A stretch of DNA of 64,000 bases from Candidatus Nealsonbacteria bacterium. GTDB taxonomy: Bacteria; Patescibacteriota; Minisyncoccia; Minisyncoccales; JAGMDC01. The first letter of the stretch is position 1. Each line of letters starts with the position of its first letter. The notes beneath the pieces are model-generated. The model was not told the DNA's origin. It ran no database searches and was given only the letters and a program-made list of their open reading frames with translations. Location of the stretch: positions 19-64,018 of the forward strand of contig JAUWMZ010000005.1 of NCBI GenBank assembly GCA_030612885.1, read 5' to 3'. Position numbers and translations under genes: made by a program. This document shows positions 1-8,980 of the stretch, one piece after another.

Positions 1-1
1 T

Positions 2-151
2 AGGATTAAGATTAACAATCTTATTTTTTACGTTAATGATTTTTCAACTGACGTTGATCAACCAAGAGTAACAATTTCAATGACAGTTGCTTCATCTGAT
101 GATTCAGTGAAAATGAATTTTCAAACCACAATCTCGCCAAGAATTTATTAA
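2..151 (+). CDS. 3' end of an ORF entering from the left edge (partial); hypothetical, possibly pilus-associated
   Basis: Open frame from nt 2 to TAA 149-151 (...TISMTVASSDDSVKMNFQTTISPRIY*). No family recognised. Sits next to a PilX-like gene. Confidence 0.3.
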   Translation, partial: RIKINNLIFYVNDFSTDVDQPRVTISMTVASSDDSVKMNFQTTISPRIY

Positions 152-163
152 TATAACAAAAAT

Positions 164-1453
164 ATGAACAAAAAAAACGGTCAAATTGCTTTATTAGTTA
201 CACTTGTAATTCTTGGCGCTATTTTGTCTATTGGTCTTGGATTGACGCTTGTTACTATAAAAGAAATGAAAATGGCAAGTAATATAGAAGAATCAGCTAT
301 GGCTTTGCAGGCAGCTGATGCTGGCGTGGAATATGTTTCATATAGGATTAACAATAGTCTACCAATTGAAGCCTCTAAAATTTGTCCTAGTTGGACGAAT
401 TTAGATAATGGTGCTTTCTATTGTATAAATACAGATGATCCTGATCCCAAATCTATTGGTAGATTTGGAAACATTAGGAGGGCAATTAAAATTAGGTCTT
501 TTAGCCGAATTGACATCTTAGCAGGAGCTGCAATTGGAAACATGCATTATGCTACTAATAATGGAACTGGTTATTTTACTTTCCAGTGGTCAACGGATGC
601 GTGTTTTGCTGGTTTTTGGACTCTATGCTCACTAACTTCTGCTGATTTTGATAACGATGGAGACATTGACATCTTATCAGGATGTGATAATGGAAATATG
701 TCCTATTTTACTAATGATGGAATTGCTAATTTTACTTTTCAGTGGTCAATGGATGTGAGTGCTGTTGTGGGTTCTGGTGTTGGGATCAAATCACTAACTT
801 CTGCTGATTTTGATAATGATGGAGACTTTGACATCTTAGTAGGAGATTTTGGAAGGATGTACTATTTTACTAATGATGGAACTGGTAATTTTACTTTTCA
901 GTGGTCAATGGATGTGAGTGCTGTTGTGGGTTTTGTTTTTTCTGTCAGATAACTAACTTCTGCTGATTTTGATAACGATGGAGACTTTGACATTTTAGCA
1001 GGAAGTGTGTCTGTGGCTGAAGATATATCCTATTTTACTAATGATGGAACTGGTAATTTTACTTTTCAGTGGTCAAGGGATGTCGGTGCTAATGATACCA
1101 CCTCACTAACTTCCGCTGATTTTGATAACGATGGAGACTTTGACTTAATGAGGGGTACGATTGGAATTATACACTATTTTACTAATGATGGAACTGGTAA
1201 TTTTACTTTCCAGTGGTCAACGAATGTGGGTGTTGGTCGTATCTGGGCACTAACTTCTGCTGATTTTGATAACGATGGAGACATTGACATCTTAGCAGCA
1301 GATGGGATTGGAAGAATATACTATTTTGCTAATGATGGAACTGGTAGTTTTACTTCCATGTGGCGAGTATGGCTGCCTTTTGGCAATGTTAACTCACTAA
1401 CTTCTGCTGATTTTGGTTTTCTTCATTTTATTTTTACTGAAACCAAACCATAG
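164..1453 (+). pseudogene. PilX-like N-terminal (pseudopilin-type) domain fused to FG-GAP/VCBS repeats; interrupted by in-frame TAA at 950-952
   Basis: N-terminus MNKKNGQIALLVTLVILGAIL...MALQAADAGVEY resembles PilX_N. At least 6 repeats of SLTSADFDNDGD(I/F)DIL...YFTNDGTGNFTFQWS. ORFs 164-952 and 1007-1453 share one frame and the repeat unit continues straight across the stop. Confidence 0.6.
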
Positions 1454-1456
1454 GCA

Positions 1457-1522
1457 AAAAGGAGGGAAAAAAGGTGTCAGAAAAGGAGGGAAAAAAGGTG
1501 TCAAGGGAAAAAAGGTGTCAGG
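1457..1522. repeat. Tandem 24-nt repeat aaaaggagggaaaaaaggtgtcaR x2 plus a partial third unit
   Basis: Unit 1 at 1457-1480, unit 2 at 1481-1504, partial unit at 1505-1522, followed by aaccttttc. The gaaaaaggtgtcagg motif recurs at 2207-2240. Confidence 0.8.
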
Positions 1523-1648
1523 AACCTTTTCTATTTATTAAAAAATAAAAAAACAGTTCTTTGAAAAACTTTTTTAAGGCGTTGCTTAACCAGGTTAAGC
1601 AATAGCCAAAATTTGACTTTCAAGTTTGATTAGAGTATTATTGAATAT

Positions 1649-1837
1649 ATGGACAGACTATTAACTCGAGATAAAAAATTTAATAATTTAATCAGAATGA
1701 CTATTATAGAGACAATTCAAGAGGTTCTCAGAGATACTGATTTTGGTTTAGAACTTCAAGAAAGGGTTCAAAAACGTTTAAGAAAACAGCATAGAAGCTT
1801 TATTTCTTTTGAAGATATTAAAAAAAGATATAGCTAA
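1649..1837 (+). CDS. Small protein upstream of the RelE/ParE remnant; putative antitoxin
   Basis: 62 aa ORF placed 17 nt before the toxin ORF. Preceded by TTGACT-17nt-TATTAT (1615-1643). Function inferred from position only. Confidence 0.35.
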   Translation: MDRLLTRDKKFNNLIRMTIIETIQEVLRDTDFGLELQERVQKRLRKQHRSFISFEDIKKRYS

Positions 1838-1854
1838 ATCCATAAAGGTTTTTT

Positions 1855-2134
1855 ATGTCAAAATGGTTCTTAAATTTTATACCTGAAGCTGAAAATGATT
1901 TAAAGAAATTAGATGAGAAATTACAGAAACGCATTATCGAAAAATTAGATTGGCTTCAGGTGAACTTTAATGATATTATTCCTTCTGCACTGGGAGGCAG
2001 TTGGCAAGGATATTTTAAAATTAGAGTTGGGGGATTGGCGAATTCTTTATAAGATTGAATGGACTAAGAATTTAATTATTATTTATCTTATTGATCGCAG
2101 AGATAAAGTTTACAAAAGAAAAATTAAAAAATAA
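1855..2134 (+). pseudogene. RelE/ParE-family toxin with a +1 frameshift in a G5 run (2029-2033)
   Basis: Frame 1 gives MSKWFLNFIPEAENDLKKLDEKLQKRIIEKLDWL...YFKIRVG. After removing one G the next frame reads GDWRILYKIEWTKNLIIIYLIDRRDKVYKRKIKK* (stop 2132-2134). That is the canonical RelE/ParE C-terminus (R.G.(Y/W)R..Y......I.I..I..R...Y). Confidence 0.6.
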
Positions 2135-2175
2135 AAAATGGAATCAACTCTATCTAGTTAGAAATTAAAGTTTTA

Positions 2176-2199
2176 CAGAGGTCCGACCTCTGTTTTTTT
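2176..2199 (+). terminator. Rho-independent terminator-like hairpin
   Basis: cagaggt-ccg-acctctg followed by T7. Confidence 0.55.
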
Positions 2200-2346
2200 C
2201 AAAATTTGTGAAAAAGGTGTTGTGAAAAAGGTGTCAGGAACCTTTTTTAGGTGAAAAATGGGGTCAACTCTATTTTTTTTTAATTTGACATCCAATTTTG
2301 ATGAGAGTATTATTAAAATATAGCTAATAGAATAATTAATAATCTG

Positions 2347-2748
2347 ATGTCAAAAAGTAAAATCAATATTAAAAAAGTTGGCGATTATTGGAAGAAAAGT
2401 GCTTATTATGATTTTGATACAGCGAAATTTCTTTTTAAGGGAAAAAGATATCCAGAATGTCTTTTTTTCTGCCATTTAATGATAGAAAAAAATTTAAAAG
2501 CGTTAGTTGTAAAGAAAACAAAAACTCATGCCCCATATATCCATCAATTAGTTGATTTAGCCAAAGTTGCCAAGATTGATTTAAATGAAGAACAGATAGA
2601 CCATTTAACTGAAATTACTGGATTTAACATCGCTGCTCGTTACGATGCTTACAAATTTAATTTCTATAAAAGATGTAATAGATTTTACACAGAAAAATAT
2701 TTTAAAATTTCTAAAGAGTTGTATCTATGGCTAAAAAAACAACTGTAA
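2347..2748 (+). CDS. HEPN domain protein (HEPN/MNT toxin-antitoxin pair)
   Basis: 133 aa with HEPN-like helices (AYYDFDTAKFL...CHLMIEKNLKALV...AARYD). Overlaps the downstream nucleotidyltransferase gene by 22 nt. Promoter-like TTGACA-17-TATTAT at 2285-2313. Confidence 0.65.
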   Translation: MSKSKINIKKVGDYWKKSAYYDFDTAKFLFKGKRYPECLFFCHLMIEKNLKALVVKKTKTHAPYIHQLVDLAKVAKIDLNEEQIDHLTEITGFNIAARYDAYKFNFYKRCNRFYTEKYFKISKELYLWLKKQL

Positions 2749-3074
2749 AAAAAATTAAAAGAAGTTTACCGAAAGAAGTGGAGAGAGATGTTTTAGATTA
2801 TGTTGAGTTAATAAAAAAAGATAAAATTCCTGTAAAGAAAGTGATTGTTTTCGGTTCTTATGCTAAAGGTAATGCTCGCAAAGATAGTGATATAGACATT
2901 TGTATTATTTCTCCAAAGTTTAAGGAGCCTTTTTCGGCATTACATTATTTATTAAAGAGATCTTATCGAATAAAATCCATTATTGAACCACATCCTTATC
3001 ATCCCAAAGATTTTGTAGATGAAGATCCTTTAGTCTGGGAAATCAAAAAAACAGGGATAGAAATAGGAAAGTAA
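2727..3074 (+). CDS. Minimal nucleotidyltransferase (MNT) domain protein
   Basis: Motif VFGSYAKGNARKDSDIDICII (GS...G....SD.D), typical of the Pol-beta-fold NTase partners of HEPN proteins. Confidence 0.75.
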   Translation: MAKKTTVKKIKRSLPKEVERDVLDYVELIKKDKIPVKKVIVFGSYAKGNARKDSDIDICIISPKFKEPFSALHYLLKRSYRIKSIIEPHPYHPKDFVDEDPLVWEIKKTGIEIGK

Positions 3075-3121
3075 AATGGAGTAAAATGGGGTCAACTCTA
3101 TTTTTAACAGAGAGAAATTTA

Positions 3122-3143
3122 CAGAGACAGTTCTCTGTTTTTT
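3122..3143 (+). terminator. Rho-independent terminator-like hairpin
   Basis: cagaga-cagt-tctctg followed by T6. Same ttacagag...ctctgtttttt design as 2176-2199. Confidence 0.55.
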
Positions 3144-3184
3144 CTTTTAAAATAAGGGTATTTAAGATATAGCAAATCAGAGAT

Positions 3185-3214
3185 TTGATATATCAGACTA
3201 AAGTCTGTTATAAT
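3185..3214 (+). promoter_or_regulatory. Promoter-like palindromic element TTGATATATCAGACTAAAGTCTGTTATAAT (ligA)
   Basis: TTGATA (3185-3190), 18-nt spacer holding the hairpin cagac-taaa-gtctg, then TATAAT (3209-3214). ATG 3221 lies 6 nt after the -10 box. An identical 30-mer is at 56540-56569. Confidence 0.5.
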
Positions 3215-3220
3215 TTAATT

Positions 3221-5224
3221 ATGGACAAGAAACAGACAAAAGAAAGGATTAAAAAATTAAAAAAAGTGATACAGGAAGCAAGACACAGTTATCATGTTTT
3301 AGATAAATCAATAATGTCAGATGCGGCTTTGGATTCGTTGAAGCACGAACTTTATGAATTGGAGCAGAAATATCCTGAATTTATCACTGCTGATTCTCCA
3401 AGCCAGAGGATAGGCGGAAAGCCCTTGGAGAAATTTAAAAAACTTCGCCACATTGTTTCTCAATGGTCGTTTAATGATGTTTTTGATGAAAGCGAAATAA
3501 AGAACTTTGATCAAAGAATGGCAAGAGAGATTGGCAATAAAGAAGTTGATTACACTGCTGAACTGAAAATTGACGGCATGCATATTATTTTAACCTATGA
3601 AAAAGGGGTATTCAAAACTGGAGCAACCAGAGGCGATGGAAAAATAGGCGAGGATGTTACACAGAATCTGAAAACCATTGAATCAATTCCCCTGCGCTTA
3701 AAAAAGGCTCTTGATATTGTTGTTGAAGGAGAGATTTTTATGAGAAAATCAGTTTTTAATAAGTTAAATAAAAAGAGAAAAAGATTAAATCAGCCATTAT
3801 TTGCCAATCCCAGAAATGCGGCAGCTGGCGCAATTCGCCAGCTTAATCCCATGATTGCTGCTGAACGTCAACTTGACTGCTTTATTTATGATTATTCCTG
3901 GCCGGAAAAAAACATTCCTCTTAGCCAGTTTGAAGAATTAAAAAGATTAAAAGAACTGGGTTTTAAAGTAAATAAAAAATTTCATTATTGCCAGAACATA
4001 GACAAAGTAATTGAATTCTGGAAAGATTGGCAGAAAAAAAAGGATTCAGAGGATTATTGGGTTGATGGAATTGTGGTTAAAGTAAATAAGCGGGAATATC
4101 AAAATATGCTGGGCTATACTGGTAAAGCGCCCAGATGGGCGATTGCTTTCAAATGGCCCGGAGAGCAGGCAACAACAGCCTTGGAAAAAGTAGTTTTTCA
4201 GGTTGGCAGAACTGGAAAAATAACACCAGTGGCTTGGCTCAAACCAGTTAATATCAAAGGAACAATTGTTTCCAGGGCAACCCTGCATAACGCTGATGAA
4301 ATTAAGCGACTGGGAGTGAAGATAAAAGACACTGTCATTGTTGAAAAAGCTGGTGATGTTATCCCTCATATTATTAGATTTATTCCAGAGCTAAGGCCAA
4401 AAAACGCCAAAGAAATTCAAACACCCGGTGTTTGTCCTATTTGCGGCTCAAAAGTGATAAGAATAAAAGGAGAAGTGGCTCATTATTGTTCAAATAAAAA
4501 ATGCGGAGCCAGACAAAAGAATAAGCTCTCTTGGTTCGTTTCTAAAAAGGCGTTTGACATTGAAGGCTTAGGACCAAAAATTATTAACCAGCTAATGGAC
4601 GAAGGCCTGATTTCTAAGGCCTCTGATATTTTTTCCTTAAAACAAGGCGATTTAGAATCCTTGGAAAGATTTGCTGAAAAGTCATCTTTTAATTTAATAA
4701 GCGCGATTGAAAAGAGCAAGGCAATAACATTGCCGAAATTTATTATCTCTTTGGGAATTAAATATATTGGAGAAGAAACTGCTGAACTATTGGCTGAAAA
4801 AATAACAGATATTAAAAAAATACCCCAAGAAAATTTAGAACAAATTAAAGGCATAGGTCCAAAGGCAGCAAACAGTATTAAGCATTGGTTTTCACAAAAA
4901 GAAAATATTGATTTATTAAAAGAACTGGAAAAAGCAGGCATCAGAATAAAAAAAGAAAAGCTTGCCCCGCATCGTCCAAGCGAAGCGAGGACTGGTGCAG
5001 GGTTGAAAGATAAAATATTTGTTTTCACTGGAGAAATGGAATCAATATCCAGGGAAAAAGGAAAAGAAAAAGTAAAAGCGTTAGGAGGAAAAACCCATAA
5101 TTCAATAAGCAAAAATACTGATTTTCTGGTTTTAGGCCAAAATCCTGGCTCTAAGTATGAAAAAGCAAAGAATTTAGGAATAAAAATAATTTCTGAAAAA
5201 GAATTTTTAGACATTATTAAATGA
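3221..5224 (+). CDS. ligA: NAD-dependent DNA ligase LigA
   Basis: Adenylation motif ELKIDG, OB fold, Zn finger CPICGS...C..KKC, HhH repeats and a C-terminal BRCT (KIFVFTGEM...LGGK). Start moved from TTG 3185 to ATG 3221 because 3185-3214 is a promoter-like repeat. Confidence 0.95.
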   Translation: MDKKQTKERIKKLKKVIQEARHSYHVLDKSIMSDAALDSLKHELYELEQKYPEFITADSPSQRIGGKPLEKFKKLRHIVSQWSFNDVFDESEIKNFDQRMAREIGNKEVDYTAELKIDGMHIILTYEKGVFKTGATRGDGKIGEDVTQNLKTIESIPLRLKKALDIVVEGEIFMRKSVFNKLNKKRKRLNQPLFANPRNAAAGAIRQLNPMIAAERQLDCFIYDYSWPEKNIPLSQFEELKRLKELGFKVNKKFHYCQNIDKVIEFWKDWQKKKDSEDYWVDGIVVKVNKREYQNMLGYTGKAPRWAIAFKWPGEQATTALEKVVFQVGRTGKITPVAWLKPVNIKGTIVSRATLHNADEIKRLGVKIKDTVIVEKAGDVIPHIIRFIPELRPKNAKEIQTPGVCPICGSKVIRIKGEVAHYCSNKKCGARQKNKLSWFVSKKAFDIEGLGPKIINQLMDEGLISKASDIFSLKQGDLESLERFAEKSSFNLISAIEKSKAITLPKFIISLGIKYIGEETAELLAEKITDIKKIPQENLEQIKGIGPKAANSIKHWFSQKENIDLLKELEKAGIRIKKEKLAPHRPSEARTGAGLKDKIFVFTGEMESISREKGKEKVKALGGKTHNSISKNTDFLVLGQNPGSKYEKAKNLGIKIISEKEFLDIIK

Positions 5225-6330
5225 TAAAAAATTTCATTAATCATTTAAAAAGGCTAGATTGGATTTTGATTATTTCTGCTCTTTTTCTGGTCTTTATCGG
5301 ACTTTTGTCTCTTTACAGCTCTTCATTGGGAAGAGACAGTTTTTTAAATTTTCAAAAGCAGATTATTTTTTTCAGCATAGGATTGTTTCTAATGTTCTTT
5401 TTTACTTTTTTTGATTACAGGATTATTAAGAACAGTTCTTACTTAATTTTAATTTTTTATTTTTTTTGCTGTTTAGCTTTATTAGGCTTATTTTTTTTCG
5501 CTCCAGAAATCAGAGGAAGCAGGGGCTGGTATCGGCTGGGAGGAATTTCTATTGACCCAATAGAATTTACAAAGATTGCTTTAATAGTTTTATTGGCAAA
5601 ATATTTTTCTATGAGGCATATTGAAATGTATCGCTTGAAGCATATTTTAGTTTCCAGTGTTTATGTTTTAATACCGGCTTCTTTAATTTTCTTTCAGCCA
5701 GACATGGGTTCTATCTTCATTCTAATTTCTTTATGGCTCGGAGTTTTAATTATTTCCGGCATTAAATTAAAACATTTTCTAGCCTTGGTTTTCTGCGGCA
5801 TTTTAATTTCTATTTTGAGCTGGTCTTTTTTGCTGGAAACTTATCAGCAGGCAAGAATTTTAAACTTTATTCAGCCGCAATTAGAGCCATTAGGCGTTGG
5901 CTGGAGTCAAAATCAATCAAGGATTGCTATTGGTTCCGGCGGCATTTTTGGCCAAGGTATTGGCAAAGGTTCTCAAACTCAATACGGCTTTTTACCAGAG
6001 CCCCAGACAGATTTTATTTTTGCTTCTATCGCTGAAGAAATGGGATTAGTAGGGGTGGGAGTTTTATTACTCTTATTTTTGATACTTCTTTCCCGGATTT
6101 TTAAAATTGCTTTAATGGGCCCAAGTAATTTTCCCCGGCTTTTTGCTTTAGGAGTAGCTGTTGTCTTGGTGTCCCAGATTTTTATCAATATTGGTATGTG
6201 TTTAGGACTTTTGCCCATTATCGGCATTTCTCTGCCTTTGGTAAGTTATGGCGGCAATAACTTGGTTTTAACTCTTTTAGCTTTAGGAATTCTTCAGAAT
6301 ATATATTCTCAAAGAAAAAACGGAGAATAA
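5221..6330 (+). CDS. FtsW/RodA/SpoVE (SEDS) family peptidoglycan polymerase
   Basis: 369 aa polytopic membrane protein with QPDMGS, SRIAIGSGGIFGQG...GFLPE..TDFIFA and SLPLVSYGG motifs. ATGA overlap with ligA. Confidence 0.85.
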   Translation: MIKNFINHLKRLDWILIISALFLVFIGLLSLYSSSLGRDSFLNFQKQIIFFSIGLFLMFFFTFFDYRIIKNSSYLILIFYFFCCLALLGLFFFAPEIRGSRGWYRLGGISIDPIEFTKIALIVLLAKYFSMRHIEMYRLKHILVSSVYVLIPASLIFFQPDMGSIFILISLWLGVLIISGIKLKHFLALVFCGILISILSWSFLLETYQQARILNFIQPQLEPLGVGWSQNQSRIAIGSGGIFGQGIGKGSQTQYGFLPEPQTDFIFASIAEEMGLVGVGVLLLLFLILLSRIFKIALMGPSNFPRLFALGVAVVLVSQIFINIGMCLGLLPIIGISLPLVSYGGNNLVLTLLALGILQNIYSQRKNGE

Positions 6331-6369
6331 CATCTTTAAATTTTTAAGAAAAAATGATAAGATAATAAT

Positions 6370-8886
6370 ATGAAAAACGATTCGGAAAAAGAAAAAACAA
6401 AAGAAAAAATAACTGAAATTGGTTATGTAAAGCCCAGAGAAATTACTGAAGAGATGAAAGAATCATATATTGATTATGCTATGTCAGTAATTGTTGCTCG
6501 GGCTTTGCCTGATGTCAGGGACGGCTTAAAGCCGGTTCACCGCCGAATTTTGTATGCGATGTTGGAAGATGGCCTGCGTTACGATGCCAAATTTAGAAAA
6601 TCAGCTACAGTAGTGGGCTCAGTTTTAGGCCGCTATCATCCCCATGGCGATATGGCTGTTTATGATTCCTTAGTGCGAATGGCACAGGATTTTTCTTTAA
6701 GATATCCTTTAATTAAAGGCCAAGGAAATTTTGGAAGTTTGGATTCGGACCCTCCGGCTGCGAGTCGTTATACGGAGTGCAAGCTCTCTAAAATTGGTGA
6801 AGAGACATTAAGAGATATTACTAGAGAGACAGTGGATTTTAGGGATAATTATGACGGCACTCGGAAAGAGCCGACAGTATTACCGTCGCCAATGCCTCAG
6901 CTTTTATTAAACGGCTCTTTGGGCATTGCTGTGGGAATGATGACTAATATTCCTCCTCATAATTTAACAGAAGTGACTAAAGCTGCTATTTATTTAATTG
7001 ATAATCCTAAAACAACCACTGAAGACCTTTTTAACTTCATCAAGGGTCCGGATTTCCCTACCGGCGGCATTATCTATAATAGAAAAGAAATTATTAGCGC
7101 ATATTGCCAGGGTAATGGACCAATAGTAATGAGGGGGAAAACAGAAACATCTGAAGATAAAAAAGGGAGAAACAGGATTTTAATTACCGAGATTCCCTAT
7201 CAGGTTCAGAAATCATCTTTGGTAGAACAGTTTGCCAAGCTGGTTCAAGAGAAAAAAATTACAGGGGTAAAGGATATTAGAGATGAATCAGACAGAGAGG
7301 GTATGAGAATTGTTATTGAGCTTCAGCGAGATGCTTTTCCTCAGAAAATTCTCAATCGGCTTTATAAATTTTCTGACCTTCAAAAAACCTTTCACTTGAA
7401 TATGCTTGCTTTAGTGGATGGTATCCAACCCAAGGTTTTATCCCTTTTAGAAGTTTTAAATTACTTTGTTTTACACCGTAAAGAAGTAGTAATAAGGAGA
7501 GCAAAATATGATTTGAGAAAAGCAGAAGAAAGAGCCCATATTCTGGAAGGCCTGCATAAATGCTTGTCAAAGATTGATGCGGTTATCAAAACAATTAAAG
7601 CATCGGCTAATAGGGAAGATGCGCTGAAGAATTTAATGAAGAAGTTTAAACTAACCGAGATTCAAGCCAATGCTATTTTGGAAACAAGGCTTTCTGCTTT
7701 AGCCAAATTGGAAAGAAAAAAGATTGAAGAAGAGTTGGCAGAAAAAGAAAGGCTAATCAAAGAGTTAAAGACGATTTTAAAAAGTCCTCAAAAAGTAAAA
7801 GAAGTAGTTAAAAAAGAGCTTAGAGAAGTGATAGAGAATTTTGGAGATGAAAGGAAAACCAGGGTAGTTGTTCAGAAAATTGGTGAGATTGCTGAAGAGG
7901 ACTTGATTCCCCAGGAAGAAACCATTATTACCTTAACTCGAGGCGGGTATATCAAGAGAGTAAATCCTAATGTCTATAAAATTCAGAAAAGAGGAGGCAA
8001 AGGCATCATGGGAATGAAAACCTTGGGAGAAGATATTATTGAGCATTTTCTTTTTTGCCAGACCCATGATTTTCTGCTTTTCTTTACTGATTCCGGTAAA
8101 GTTTTTAAAATTCCGGCTTATGAAATTCCTGAAGGAACGAGAGTGGCTAAAGGCAGAGGACTTTTGAATTTCTTGGAGCTTACTCCGCAAGATAAGATAT
8201 TATCTATTCTTCCTTTTGAAAAAGAAGACAATAACAATAAATCCGTCAACTTACGCAAAGAAAACAGAATGAAGTATTTAGTAATGGTGACAAAAAATGG
8301 TATGATAAAGAAAACGGCCTTAGATGAATTTGAAAATGTTAGAAGATCTGGCCTCATTGCCATCAATCTTAAGAAAGGTGACTTACTTAGAAGCGTAAAT
8401 AGAACCTCTGGCCAAGATGAAATAGCATTGGTAACCAAAAAAGGACAATCAATTAGGTTTAAGGAGGATAATGTTCGAGCTATGGGTAGGACAGCTGCTG
8501 GAGTGACTGGAATAAGATTAAAGAAAGACGATGAACTAATTGTAATGGATGTTATAAAAACCCAAAATATAAAAGAAAAAACACAAAATTATTTAATGGT
8601 GGTAAGTGAAAACGGATATGGAAAGAGGACTGATTTGAAAGAATATAGATTACAGACAAGAGGCGGCTCTGGCATAAAAACAGCTAATATTACTGATAAA
8701 ACAGGAGATTTGGTTGCTTCCAAAGTGCTTTTCGGTGAAGAAGAAGATTTAGTTGTTATTTCACAAAAGGGACAGATAATTAGAACTCCTATTAATTCTA
8801 TTTCCATAATCAGCAGGTCAACCCAAGGAGTAAGAATAATGCGTTTAGATAAAGGAGATAAAGTGGTATCTGGCGCCTGCACCTGA
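6370..8886 (+). CDS. gyrA: DNA gyrase subunit A
   Basis: [34 protein letters not shown] and the active-site region AASRYTE, plus C-terminal beta-pinwheel repeats. 838 aa. Confidence 0.95.
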   Translation: MKNDSEKEKTKEKITEIGYVKPREITEEMKESYIDYAMSVIVARALPDVRDGLKPVHRRILYAMLEDGLRYDAKFRKSATVVGSVLGRYHPHGDMAVYDSLVRMAQDFSLRYPLIKGQGNFGSLDSDPPAASRYTECKLSKIGEETLRDITRETVDFRDNYDGTRKEPTVLPSPMPQLLLNGSLGIAVGMMTNIPPHNLTEVTKAAIYLIDNPKTTTEDLFNFIKGPDFPTGGIIYNRKEIISAYCQGNGPIVMRGKTETSEDKKGRNRILITEIPYQVQKSSLVEQFAKLVQEKKITGVKDIRDESDREGMRIVIELQRDAFPQKILNRLYKFSDLQKTFHLNMLALVDGIQPKVLSLLEVLNYFVLHRKEVVIRRAKYDLRKAEERAHILEGLHKCLSKIDAVIKTIKASANREDALKNLMKKFKLTEIQANAILETRLSALAKLERKKIEEELAEKERLIKELKTILKSPQKVKEVVKKELREVIENFGDERKTRVVVQKIGEIAEEDLIPQEETIITLTRGGYIKRVNPNVYKIQKRGGKGIMGMKTLGEDIIEHFLFCQTHDFLLFFTDSGKVFKIPAYEIPEGTRVAKGRGLLNFLELTPQDKILSILPFEKEDNNNKSVNLRKENRMKYLVMVTKNGMIKKTALDEFENVRRSGLIAINLKKGDLLRSVNRTSGQDEIALVTKKGQSIRFKEDNVRAMGRTAAGVTGIRLKKDDELIVMDVIKTQNIKEKTQNYLMVVSENGYGKRTDLKEYRLQTRGGSGIKTANITDKTGDLVASKVLFGEEEDLVVISQKGQIIRTPINSISIISRSTQGVRIMRLDKGDKVVSGACT

Positions 8887-8896
8887 CCACAAATTC

Positions 8897-8972
8897 TATC
8901 ACGAATTTTAATCACTAATTCTCACGAATAAACTTATTAGTGAATATTCGTGATTTAGATTAATGATTAATT
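8897..8972. repeat. Intergenic palindromic repeat, ATCACGAATA / TATTCGTGAT family (copy 1)
   Basis: tatcacgaat...aatcactaattctcacgaataaacttattagtgaatattcgtgatttagattaatgatt. Related copies at 26474-26569 and 57561-57650. Confidence 0.7.
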
Positions 8973-8980
8973 AGTAGTTT

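Noticed and set aside
950-952. Stop-codon reassignment (TAA read as an amino acid) as the explanation for the in-frame stop in the FG-GAP gene.
   Set aside because: TAA terminates many conserved genes in this window at their expected ends (for example rplS, trpS and the HU gene). TGA and TAG also act as stops. A point mutation or sequencing error (TCA to TAA) is simpler.
1457-1522. A CRISPR array as the explanation for the tandem repeats here, at 11172-11280 and at 21364-21680.
   Set aside because: The units are contiguous or too short, with no unique spacers of regular length between them. There are no cas genes. The third locus is explained by tRNA structure.
1450-3180. An integron cassette array with attC sites.
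   Set aside because: There is no intI gene or attI-like site in the window, and the repeated motifs do not show the R''-L''/L'-R' attC organisation. Kept only as a cassette-like description.
4483-5244. 253-aa ORF antisense to ligA, and the many other track ORFs lying opposite strongly supported genes. Examples: 3317-3583, 4046-4369, 5979-6227, 7352-7570, 7933-8438, 8589-8915, 9115-9456, 10987-11232, 11737-12015, 12663-13072, 14447-15220, 17645-17971, 21695-21913, 22766-23317, 23782-23979, 24876-25094, 26610-27342, 27467-28786, 29037-29356, 31919-32176, 34937-35215, 37382-37633, 38666-38971, 39464-39673, 41390-42112, 42496-42681, 44554-44775, 45143-45376, 47339-47590, 49117-49419, 52135-52907, 53202-53462, 53976-54161, 54658-55388, 56631-56867, 57036-57227, 61877-62789.
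   Set aside because: They overlap genes with clear conserved motifs on the other strand or in another frame. They have low-complexity, F/L/S/K-rich translations typical of shadow ORFs in AT-rich DNA, and they show no recognisable motifs.
8215-8280. gyrA C-terminal-domain segment [20 protein letters not shown], considered as a foreign insert.
   Set aside because: It is AT-rich like the rest of the gene, non-palindromic, and lies in a loop region of the beta-pinwheel that varies among GyrA proteins.
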